DNA from: Deltaproteobacteria bacterium
GTDB taxonomy: Bacteria; Desulfobacterota; Dissulfuribacteria; Dissulfuribacterales; QOAL01
Assembly: GCA_026992735.1 (NCBI GenBank)
Contig: JALWYO010000017.1
Location: forward strand, 373-64,372
Direction: 5' to 3'
Length of the DNA stretch: 64,000 bases
In this document: positions 46,283 through 54,882 of the stretch, piece by piece
Numbering within the stretch: the stretch's first letter is position 1
Layout of the letters: the number at the start of each line of letters is the position of its first letter
Position numbers and translations under genes: made by a program
The notes under the pieces: generated by a model
What the model was told of the DNA's origin: nothing
Seen by the model: only the letters and a program-made list of their open reading frames with translations
Databases searched by the model: none

Positions 46283-48700
46283 TCAGCTCCTCATTTCTGC
46301 ATGAAACTCCTCAAGAAGCGCATCGACAAGGGGCTCATGGACTGCCATAACCTCAACCTCTGAAAGAGTATGGTCTTCTGCCCTGTAAATCAGCCTGAAG
46401 GCCAGGCTTTTCCTGCCTTTGGGCACTGGCTTTCCCCTGTAAACATCGAATATTGACACGTCCTCAAGCAGCCCTCCAGCCTTTTCCCTTATAAAATGGA
46501 GCACGTCTTCTGCCCTGACAGAGTCATTCAGAATGATGGCAAGATCCAAATCCATGGCAGGGAAACGGGCCAGCGGCTTGAACTGCTTTTCTCCAGAGAC
46601 GGCATTTTTAAGGGCCGACAGACTGAAATCCGCCAGGAAAACAGGACTGGAAATCTTATAGCGCGACTGCACACCTGCAGATATCTGGCCAAGGGTACCC
46701 AAAGCAATGCCATTGCCTGACACCACTGACATACAGGTACCTGGAACATAAAAAACTTCAGGAGCAGAAGATGCCTTAAAAGCGCTCCCCCTGACGTTAA
46801 GTTGATACAACAAATTTTCAACCACACCCTTGAGATCGAAGAAATCCACCTCCCTGTCCTGCCAGGCCCATGTCTGTGGAAATCTCCTGCCTGTCATGGC
46901 AATACAAAGCCTGTGCTCTTCGTCAGGCAGCACTCCCTGACCGTTATCTATAAAAACAGCCCCTGCTTCAAAAAGAGCAAGATCCATATTTCTCTTCTTG
47001 TGGTTCCTGGAGATTGCAGAAAGCATGGAACAGACCAGGCTTGTCCTCATGACGGACTGATCTTCAGCCAAGGGGTTTTTCAGCCTGACAAATCTGTTTC
47101 TCCTGTCGTCCTCGTCAAATCCCAATGCCTTTATCTCATCAGGAGAAATGAAGCTGTATGAAATAATCTCTGAACAGCCCTGACCTGCAAGACCAGTCTT
47201 TATATTGTCCTCAAAAGCCTTGTCAGAAGCAACTGCCTGGACTATCAGTTCCCCCACAGGCGATGCAGTTGCAATATTGGCGAACCCATGAAGCCTGGCA
47301 ATCTCTTCTACCAGGTCTATCTCCTCCTTGATGTCCGGCCTGAATGAAGGAACCAGGATCTCCACCGTCTCCCGGTCGGCCTTTTTCACCTTTATATCTA
47401 TAGATTCCAAGATGTTGGCCATGGCCCTGGCATCCAGATCAGTTCCAAGCAGGCTGTTGGTACGCTCAGGCTTCATGACAACAGATCTGGGCACATACGG
47501 CCTTGGATTTTCATCCTTGAGTCCCTCGATGACACCACCAGCCAACTCTGACAACAGATCCGAAGCACGCTGAGCCGCCCTTAACTGACCATCGAAATCC
47601 ACACCCCGTTCAAACCTGTACGATGCTTCAGAAGGAAGCTTGAGCATCTTGGCAGTGCGTCTTATGCTCCAGGGTGCAAACCATGCGCTTTCCAAAAGAA
47701 CAGAGCTGGTCTTATCCGTTACCTCTGTATCAAGGCCGCCCATTACGCCAGCTACTGCCACAGGTCTTTTCATATCGCAGATCAACAGGACTCCAGCCGA
47801 CAATTTACGCTCCTTACCATCAAGCGTGACTATGGTATCTCCTTCTTCCGAGACCCTGACTACTATAGCTCTACCCTTCAAGGTATCGAGATCAAAGGCA
47901 TGCAGAGGCTGGCCTGTCTCCATGAGGATGTAATTGGTAATATCTACGACATTGTTTATAGGCCTTATACCGCTGGCAACAAGCCTTCTTGCCATCCATC
48001 CCGGTGAGCTCGCTACCTTAACATTTTTTAAAGTAACTCCGACGTACCTATGACAGAGTTCTGTATCCTGAATCTCGATGGAAACATCGCCATCGCCAAC
48101 ATTGGAAAACACATTCCGGGATTCCGGCAGCCGGAGCGGTACCCTGAAAATGGCCGAAACCTCCCTCGCCACGCCTGTCATACTCAGGCAGTCAGGCCTG
48201 TTGGGAGTTATGCCTATCTCGAAAACAGTGTCCTCCATGCCCAAAAGGGATGAGATAGAATGACCTACCCTTGCATCTGGAAAAGCCTTTGAGATATCAA
48301 ATATGCCGCTGGCATCACCTTCCAGCATAATTTCCCGCATGGAACAGAGCATCCCTGTAGAGAGGTGGCCGTAAATCTGTGCTTCCCTGATCTCGCTGCC
48401 ATCAGGCATTTCAGTGCCAGGCGGCACGTATGCCGTAAGCATTCCTTCTCTAACATTGGGTGCCCCACAGATGACACCGACCTCATCTGAACCGATCTCG
48501 ACGGTACACAGGGTGACATGCTTCTCCTTATTGACAGGCTCCACCCTGGAGATACGCGCAACCACGGCCCTATCCATCCAGGGATAAGCGGGCTCCATTG
48601 CCTCCACTTCCAAACCTGCCAAAGTCAGCCTCTCGGCAACTTCGGCGTAATCAGCCTCAAAAGGCGCTATCTCTCTGAGCCACGATGCCAGTACCAACAT
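46283..48700 (-). CDS. pheT: Phenylalanine--tRNA ligase beta subunit
   Basis: 805 aa. tRNA-binding, B3/4, B5 and FDX-ACB domain order. Context follows pheS. Confidence 0.95.
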   Translation of the reverse strand: MLVLASWLREIAPFEADYAEVAERLTLAGLEVEAMEPAYPWMDRAVVARISRVEPVNKEKHVTLCTVEIGSDEVGVICGAPNVREGMLTAYVPPGTEMPDGSEIREAQIYGHLSTGMLCSMREIMLEGDASGIFDISKAFPDARVGHSISSLLGMEDTVFEIGITPNRPDCLSMTGVAREVSAIFRVPLRLPESRNVFSNVGDGDVSIEIQDTELCHRYVGVTLKNVKVASSPGWMARRLVASGIRPINNVVDITNYILMETGQPLHAFDLDTLKGRAIVVRVSEEGDTIVTLDGKERKLSAGVLLICDMKRPVAVAGVMGGLDTEVTDKTSSVLLESAWFAPWSIRRTAKMLKLPSEASYRFERGVDFDGQLRAAQRASDLLSELAGGVIEGLKDENPRPYVPRSVVMKPERTNSLLGTDLDARAMANILESIDIKVKKADRETVEILVPSFRPDIKEEIDLVEEIARLHGFANIATASPVGELIVQAVASDKAFEDNIKTGLAGQGCSEIISYSFISPDEIKALGFDEDDRRNRFVRLKNPLAEDQSVMRTSLVCSMLSAISRNHKKRNMDLALFEAGAVFIDNGQGVLPDEEHRLCIAMTGRRFPQTWAWQDREVDFFDLKGVVENLLYQLNVRGSAFKASSAPEVFYVPGTCMSVVSGNGIALGTLGQISAGVQSRYKISSPVFLADFSLSALKNAVSGEKQFKPLARFPAMDLDLAIILNDSVRAEDVLHFIREKAGGLLEDVSIFDVYRGKPVPKGRKSLAFRLIYRAEDHTLSEVEVMAVHEPLVDALLEEFHAEMRS

Positions 48701-48710
48701 AAATATTATC

Positions 48711-49724
48711 TCAAAACTGATTTAGAAAACGGAGATCATTATCGTAAAACAGCCTTATATCGTTGATGCCATACCGGAGCATGGCAATTCTCTCGATACC
48801 AAGGCCAAAGGCAAATCCACTGTATATCTGCGGATCTATACCCACGTGCCTGAATACAGCCGGATGCACAAGACCAGCACCCAGGACTTCAAGCCAGCCC
48901 GTATAAGAACAGACCCTGCAGCCATCGCCTCTGCACATAACGCACTGGATATCTATTTCTGCACTCGGTTCCGTAAACGGAAAAAAACTGGGTCTGAACC
49001 TGACAGCCGTATCTTTATGGAAGATTTCCTGGGCAAAATGCGTGAGAATGCCCTTAAGATGGGAGAAAGAGACATCCCTGTCCACCATGAGGCCTTCCAC
49101 CTGATGAAACATGGGGGTATGGGTAACATCGGAATCGCACCTGTACACCTTGCCAGGGGCGATAATCCGTATAGGCGGGGGCATCTTTTCCATAGTGCGG
49201 ACCTGGATAGGAGAAGTATGTGTCCTGAGAAGAACCTTCTCATCGACATAGAAGGTGTCCTGCATGTCGCGCGCAGGATGGTCCGGTGGTATGTTCAAGG
49301 CCTCGAAATTGTAGAAATCCAGCTCTATCTCAGGGCCTTGTGCTACAGAAAAACCCATCTTTTCAAAAACCTGGCAGACCTCGTTCAGAACCTGAGTGAT
49401 GGGATGCAGATGCCCTCTGGGAAGCCTGCGGCCAGGAAGAGTCGGATCAAAACCCTTTATAAGCTCAGGGCCCTGCCGCCCGGCCTCAAGCGCCTGAAGA
49501 CGATCCTTCAAGGCCTCTTCTATACGCACCTTAACCTGGTTGGACAATTTGCCTACCAGGGGACGCTGCTCTTTGGGAAGGGTTCCAAGGCTTTTCAGGA
49601 TAGAAGTCAAACGACTTTTCCTGCCAAGGAATATCACCTTCAGCTCTTCAAGGGCCTTCTTGTCTGCAGCCTTTTCAACTGCCTCTATGGCCTCTCTTTC
49701 TATCTCCCTGAGCTGATCTTCCAT
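48711..49724 (-). CDS. pheS: Phenylalanine--tRNA ligase alpha subunit
   Basis: 337 aa. Class II motifs [43 protein letters not shown]. Confidence 0.96.
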   Translation of the reverse strand: MEDQLREIEREAIEAVEKAADKKALEELKVIFLGRKSRLTSILKSLGTLPKEQRPLVGKLSNQVKVRIEEALKDRLQALEAGRQGPELIKGFDPTLPGRRLPRGHLHPITQVLNEVCQVFEKMGFSVAQGPEIELDFYNFEALNIPPDHPARDMQDTFYVDEKVLLRTHTSPIQVRTMEKMPPPIRIIAPGKVYRCDSDVTHTPMFHQVEGLMVDRDVSFSHLKGILTHFAQEIFHKDTAVRFRPSFFPFTEPSAEIDIQCVMCRGDGCRVCSYTGWLEVLGAGLVHPAVFRHVGIDPQIYSGFAFGLGIERIAMLRYGINDIRLFYDNDLRFLNQF

Positions 49725-49732
49725 TTTCCCGG

Positions 49733-50086
49733 CTATAAAGCGGCCTTTGCCTTTTCCACCAAAGTGCTGAATACACCAGGTTCTGTAACAGCAAGATTGG
49801 CCAGTATCTTTCTATCCAGTCCAATCTTTGCCTTGGAAAGTCCGCCCATGAACTTGCTGTATGAGATATCATTGAGACGGCATGCAGCATTAATCCTGGT
49901 TATCCATAGACGCCTGTAAGAACGCTTTTTGGCTCTCCTGTCCCTGTATGCATAACGCAGGGCCTTTTCCACGCTGTCCTTCGCCTGGCGATAGCAGCGG
50001 CTCCTTGCGCCCCTGAAACCCTTGGCAAGCTTCAGGATCTTCTTGCGCCTCCTCCTTGCCTTAAAACCTCTTTTTACCCTGGGCAT
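49733..50086 (-). CDS. rplT: 50S ribosomal protein L20
   Basis: 117 aa. [28 protein letters not shown]. Confidence 0.97.
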   Translation of the reverse strand: MPRVKRGFKARRRRKKILKLAKGFRGARSRCYRQAKDSVEKALRYAYRDRRAKKRSYRRLWITRINAACRLNDISYSKFMGGLSKAKIGLDRKILANLAVTEPGVFSTLVEKAKAAL

Positions 50087-50106
50087 ATCTGAATACTCCT
50101 TAAAAT

Positions 50107-50304
50107 TTATACAAAAGGAAGCATACGCTTGATATGCTTCGTCATTGTATCTGAAATAACCTTGTCCTTTTTCATATTCCTCTTGCGCTTTCTGCTCTTC
50201 TTGGTGAGGATATGACTGTGACCCGGTTTATTAAACACGAACTTACCACTGCCGCTCTTATTAAACCTCTTGGCGGCGGATCTCTTTGTCTTTAATTTTG
50301 GCAT
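50107..50304 (-). CDS. rpmI: 50S ribosomal protein L35
   Basis: 65 aa. [14 protein letters not shown]. Confidence 0.95.
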   Translation of the reverse strand: MPKLKTKRSAAKRFNKSGSGKFVFNKPGHSHILTKKSRKRKRNMKKDKVISDTMTKHIKRMLPFV

Positions 50305-50586
50305 AATACATAACCCCGCAAAAAAAATTTAAACAGCTGCCTTCTGAAACAAGGCGCTGATACTGCCGACAAAAAAATTATTAAGCAGCCCACATATCTG
50401 CAAACAACAGCCCAGCATCACAACATTAGAGCCCTGTTGCAAAATGGGCACAGCACAAATGCGGATTTTTAACCCTAAAAAACCCGAAGGTCAATCGCTG
50501 AACTCAATAAAAATAAAGAAAGTCGCCTTGCAACATAATTTTCAGCCCACACAAACAGGAAAATCAGACAGTAATTCCCAGCAGCC

Positions 50587-50616
50587 GTAACTTCTCAATA
50601 AGTCCGTGCAAATTCT
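50587..50616 (+). repeat. Solo copy (C) of the dispersed 30-nt module
   Basis: GTAACTTCTCAATAAGTCCGTGCAAATTCT. It matches the terminal module of MITE-like elements A and B. Confidence 0.7.
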
Positions 50617-50643
50617 CCCGGGGCTACAATAAATGACCGGGGC

Positions 50644-51162
50644 TCAGGCCTTTCTGGGGGCGAGTATCATGCTCATCACACGCCCTTCCATGTTGGGCAT
50701 GTGTTCAACTACTGCTATATCGGCCATCTCGCCTGCTATCTTCTTCAGCATCCCAAAACCGATATCCGGATGCACAATCTCCCTGCCCCTGAAAGTCACT
50801 GTGACCTTCACCTTGTTGCCCTGGTTCAGGAACTTGACGATCTTCTTTCTCTTGACATTCAGGTCATGAACGTCTGTCCTGGGCCTCATCTTGATTTCCT
50901 TGACCTGAATAACAGTCTGACGTTTCTTTGCCTCCTGAGCCTTCTTGCTCTGCTCATAGCGGTACTTGCCGTAGTCCATGAGCCTGCAGACAGGAGGCCG
51001 TGCATTGGCTGCCACCTCAACCAGGTCAAGGCCGACATCCCTAGCCCTTCTCAGGGCATCCTCCAGAGGAACTACCCCGAGCTGCGATCCATCCTCTCCT
51101 ATGAGGCGTACTTCAGACGCCCTTATCCTGTCATTAACCCTTACTCTCTGCTCTCTGGCGAT
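50644..51162 (-). CDS. infC: Translation initiation factor IF-3 with a non-canonical (ATC) start codon
   Basis: The ORF track starts at an internal GTG (51015). The in-frame upstream sequence reads IAREQRVRVNDRIRASEVRLIGEDGSQLGVVPLEDALRRARDVGLDLVEV, which is the conserved IF3 N-domain. GGGAGG lies 6 nt upstream of ATC 51162-51160. No ATG/GTG/TTG is available there. Confidence 0.75.
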   Translation of the reverse strand: MAREQRVRVNDRIRASEVRLIGEDGSQLGVVPLEDALRRARDVGLDLVEVAANARPPVCRLMDYGKYRYEQSKKAQEAKKRQTVIQVKEIKMRPRTDVHDLNVKRKKIVKFLNQGNKVKVTVTFRGREIVHPDIGFGMLKKIAGEMADIAVVEHMPNMEGRVMSMILAPRKA

Positions 51163-53096
51163 ATTGCACCTCCCGTTTTCTGCCGTTCTATCTCTGGCAG
51201 AACTCTATCGATGAAGGATGCCACAGTCATGGCATCCAACTGCTCTCCTCTCCTGGTCCTGGGACTGACCGTCCTGTCGCTCACCTCCTGGTCTCCCACT
51301 ACCAGCATATAAGGTATCTTCTCTACCTGGGCCTCCCTTATCTTCTTGCCCAGTTTCTCGTTCCTCAAATCCAGATCAGCCCTGATGCCTGCCTTCCTGA
51401 GCTGCATAAAGACTTCACGCGCCCATTCATCCTGCCTGTCCGTTATGGTCAGGACCCTGGCCTGCACCGGGGCCAGCCATAGAGGAAAGGCACCGGCGTA
51501 ATGTTCTATCAATACCCCGAAAAACCTTTCAAGGGAACCAAGAAGCGCCCTGTGCACCATTATGGGGGCATGAGGCTGTCCGTCCTGGCCGGTAAATTTT
51601 ACGTTAAACCGCTCAGGCAGGTTGAAATCCACCTGGATGGTTGAGCATTGCCAGGAACGGTCCAGACAGTCCTTAATCTTTATGTCTATTTTCGGACCGT
51701 AAAATACCCCCTCTCCCGGGTCTATCTCATATTCCAGCCCCTGGCCCTCCAGGGCGTGTTTCAGGGCATTTGTGGATAAATCCCAATGCTCATCGCTTCC
51801 AACATACTTATCAGGCCTGGTGGAAAGGTATATATCGTAACGATCAAATCCAAAGACCTTCAACATATACAAGGTCATGTCCAGGATTTCACTTATCTCG
51901 GAATCAAGCTGATCCGGCCGGCAAAATATGTGCGCATCATCCTGTGTAAAGCCCCTCACCCTCATTAGGCCATGAAGCGTGCCTGTCCTCTCATAGCGGT
52001 ACACTGTGCCAAGTTCACACCATCTCAGAGGAAACTCCCGGTAACTCCTCTTTCTGGAATTGTAGATGGCTATATGAAAAGGACAGTTCATGGGCTTGAT
52101 CTGATAACTGACATCGTCTATGTCCATGGGGGCATACATGTTCTCGGCATAGAAATCCAGGTGTCCGCTGGTATTCCAGAGATCTCTCTTGGCAATATGG
52201 GGAGTAAAAAGGAGATCGTATCCTCTTTTTATATGCTCCTCCCGCCAGAAATCCTCCATGAGCTTCCTTATCATGGCCCCCTTGGGGTGCCACAGTATAA
52301 GCCCCGGCCCTATTTCATCCTGGATTGAGAACAGGTCAAGCTGTTTGCCAAGTTTTCTGTGATCCCTCTTTTTGGCCTCTTCCAGCTTGCGCAGATGTTC
52401 TGCAAGTTCTTTCTTGGTAAAGAATGCCGTGCCGTAGATTCTTTGTAGCATGGGCCTGGTCTCATCGCCCTTCCAAAAGGCACCTGCTACATTGACCAGC
52501 TTGAACGCAGGAATCCTGCCGGTATCCGGAAGATGAGGACCCCTGCAGAGGTCTGTGAACTCACCCTGCCTGTAAACAGACACCCTGTCTTCCCCCTGGG
52601 AGCGCAGATCGTTCAAGAGTTCCACCTTATATGTCTCTCCCATCTTTTCGAACATTGCCAGGGCGTCATCCAGGGACATTTCCTCATGCTCCACAGGCAC
52701 GGCCCTGCCTGCAATCTCCCGCATGCGTGATTCTATCTTCTCTATGTCTTCAGGGGAAAATGGTGTCGGGGTATCAAAATCGTAATAGAAACCGCTCTCT
52801 ATGGCCGGGCCTATAGCCAGTTTGGCATCAGGATAAAGTTCCTTCACAGCCTGGGCCATGAGATGCGACGTGGAATGACGCAACACATCCATGGCATCTG
52901 GATCTCTTGCAAAAACAGGTTCTACCTCGGAATCCTCAGTCAGGGGAAAGGACAGGTCTCTCAGCTCTCCGTTTACCCTGGCCAGAATAAGATTCTTGCG
53001 TTTTTTCTTGCTGAGGTTGGCAGAAAGTACCTCACCGGCGGTTACACCCGGCTCTGCCTCTACAGCCTCCCCATCCTTTATCTTTATCGTTATCAT
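51141..53096 (-). CDS. thrS: Threonine--tRNA ligase
   Basis: TGS-domain start MITIKIKDGEAVEAEPGVTAGEVL at ATG 53096; the TTG at 53153 adds 19 atypical residues. Editing and class II catalytic motifs are present, plus the anticodon-binding domain. Confidence 0.93.
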   Translation of the reverse strand: MITIKIKDGEAVEAEPGVTAGEVLSANLSKKKRKNLILARVNGELRDLSFPLTEDSEVEPVFARDPDAMDVLRHSTSHLMAQAVKELYPDAKLAIGPAIESGFYYDFDTPTPFSPEDIEKIESRMREIAGRAVPVEHEEMSLDDALAMFEKMGETYKVELLNDLRSQGEDRVSVYRQGEFTDLCRGPHLPDTGRIPAFKLVNVAGAFWKGDETRPMLQRIYGTAFFTKKELAEHLRKLEEAKKRDHRKLGKQLDLFSIQDEIGPGLILWHPKGAMIRKLMEDFWREEHIKRGYDLLFTPHIAKRDLWNTSGHLDFYAENMYAPMDIDDVSYQIKPMNCPFHIAIYNSRKRSYREFPLRWCELGTVYRYERTGTLHGLMRVRGFTQDDAHIFCRPDQLDSEISEILDMTLYMLKVFGFDRYDIYLSTRPDKYVGSDEHWDLSTNALKHALEGQGLEYEIDPGEGVFYGPKIDIKIKDCLDRSWQCSTIQVDFNLPERFNVKFTGQDGQPHAPIMVHRALLGSLERFFGVLIEHYAGAFPLWLAPVQARVLTITDRQDEWAREVFMQLRKAGIRADLDLRNEKLGKKIREAQVEKIPYMLVVGDQEVSDRTVSPRTRRGEQLDAMTVASFIDRVLPEIERQKTGGAISPESRE

Positions 53097-53185
53097 GTTA
53101 CTTATATATCTCCAGGTATCCGTTCCATATCTTATGCAGGCTGAAGCTGGCAAAGAGCTTCCTGCAGCAAGCCTCTATCCAGAAA

Positions 53186-53231
53186 CGATAAAAGGCATCT
53201 GATGCCTCCAAACGGAGTAACAGATGCCTTC
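53186..53231 (-). terminator. 10-bp perfect hairpin plus T-run between tRNA-Val and thrS
   Basis: AAGGCATCTG (53193-53202) pairs with CAGATGCCTT (53222-53231). On the minus strand it is followed by TTTTATCGTTTC. Either the tRNA terminator or a thrS leader attenuator. Confidence 0.6.
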
Positions 53232-53449
53232 TTTACTTACAAATATTGATGGACAAAGTAAATTAAAAAAGCCAAAATTTTCATCATGATTCCATTTCTG
53301 ACGAGCATTGCCAGTCGGGACACAGGCTATAGAGTATTTTGTAAACTGCAAGGCAAATTTATGCTTCTGTTGAGCCTGCTCCCCGGTATACACCCTGGAA
53401 TGAAAACCCGGACCCGACACGATGCCGTGTTCGTGGTAAATAGAGAAGA

Positions 53450-53524
53450 TGGTAGGCGCGGGCGGGATCGAACCGCCGACTTCTACCGCGTCAAGGTAGC
53501 GCTCTCCCCCTGAGCTACGCGCCT
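53450..53524 (-). tRNA. tRNA-Val (anticodon GAC), CCA encoded
   Basis: Reverse complement folds as a cloverleaf: AGGCGCG TA GCTC AGGGGGA GAGC G CTACC TTGACGC GGTAG AAGTC GGCGG TTCGATC CCGCC CGCGCCT A CCA. Confidence 0.92.
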
Positions 53525-53615
53525 GTTCCAGCGTGGATGGTTTATGCCAGTAACGGAGTTGTTCAAATAACAGGATTTACGTTTCCTGTCAAGCAGGTGA
53601 AGGAGAAATGACAAC

Positions 53616-54824
53616 ATGATTAACGGACAGTTGATTTCCAGGATATTCGAGGCTGCCAGCATACAGAGATGGAATGACCATGTACGCCCTGTAGAATTCA
53701 CTGAACTGGACAAACAGGCACATAAGATGATCATTGCCTATGTGCTTGGCCGGTTCCAGGAACACAGCAGCCCCTTGAACTGGGCGAGGCTGATAGAAGG
53801 AGGTATTTTTGAATTTCTCCAGAGGGTGGTGCTGACCGATCTCAAACCACCTGTATTCCACTATCTGATGAAAAAGGCCGGGGCCAGCCTGAATAAATAT
53901 GTCCTCTCGCAGGTAAAGGAAGAACTATCAGACATCGAAAGCCCCTGGACCGGACAGCCACTCCTGCAGGAAATGGCCGATTTTCTGGATGGACGATGGG
54001 AAGGCAAAGCGGAGAGACGCATCCTGAATGCAGCGCACTATCTTGCCACAAAATGGGAATTTGAACTGGTGTATCATGCATTTCCCAAGATGTACGGCAT
54101 AGATGATACCAAAAAGGAGATAGACGACAAAATCGAGGACTACTTTGAACTTCCAGGGGTCCAGAAGATACTTCTGGGAGGAAAATCACACCACTTCATT
54201 GACCTGTGCAGCCAGCTCAAGTTTCAAAAACGCTGGTCCCGCACTCCCAGGATCCCCCAGACCAGCGTGCTGGGGCACATGCTGGTTGTTGCAATCCTTG
54301 CATATCTGCTTACAGGCCAGCTCGTGGACAACCCATGCGACAAAAGGCTGTATAACAACTATTTCTCCGCATTATTCCATGACCTTCCAGAAGTATTTAC
54401 CAGAGACATCATTTCCCCTATAAAACGCGAAGTTCCCGGCCTGGATACTGCCATTGAAGAATATGAACGCAGAAAGATCGAGGAAAAGATACTTCCCCTG
54501 CTGCCAGAAACATGGCACACTGAAATCTTGTATCTCCTGGAAAATCAGTTTGAAAACAGGATAATGGAAAACGGGGAAACATTGCCCGTGCCTGAAATAG
54601 ACAATGACATGAACAGAGACAGCCTTTCACCAACAGATGGAGCAATAGTTAAAATCGCTGACGAACTGGCGGCATTCTGGGAGGCAGGCATATCCCTGGC
54701 GCATGGCATCAGATCCCCCAATCTCAGGCAGGCAGTAACAAACCTGCAGGCCAAATATGCGGGCAGGACAAGGCTTTCCAGCCTGTTCACACAGGCTCAG
54801 TTTGACAAGCTTGCGGCATCATGA
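53616..54824 (+). CDS. HD-domain phosphohydrolase-family protein, function unknown
   Basis: 402 aa. His...HD metal-site pattern (VLGHMLVVAILAY ... FSALFHDLPEVFTRD). Confidence 0.7.
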   Translation: MINGQLISRIFEAASIQRWNDHVRPVEFTELDKQAHKMIIAYVLGRFQEHSSPLNWARLIEGGIFEFLQRVVLTDLKPPVFHYLMKKAGASLNKYVLSQVKEELSDIESPWTGQPLLQEMADFLDGRWEGKAERRILNAAHYLATKWEFELVYHAFPKMYGIDDTKKEIDDKIEDYFELPGVQKILLGGKSHHFIDLCSQLKFQKRWSRTPRIPQTSVLGHMLVVAILAYLLTGQLVDNPCDKRLYNNYFSALFHDLPEVFTRDIISPIKREVPGLDTAIEEYERRKIEEKILPLLPETWHTEILYLLENQFENRIMENGETLPVPEIDNDMNRDSLSPTDGAIVKIADELAAFWEAGISLAHGIRSPNLRQAVTNLQAKYAGRTRLSSLFTQAQFDKLAAS

Positions 54825-54882
54825 GGATGTACAGCCATAATGGAACGGATAATATCTTTCTGCCTCCCTGACTATGCTCCTG

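Noticed and set aside
48846-49919. 357-aa plus-strand ORF
   Set aside because: Antisense to pheS and rplT. No motifs.
53175-53420. 81-aa minus-strand ORF between tRNA-Val and thrS
   Set aside because: No SD and atypical composition. It spans the hairpin/terminator, so a leader or spacer region is more likely.
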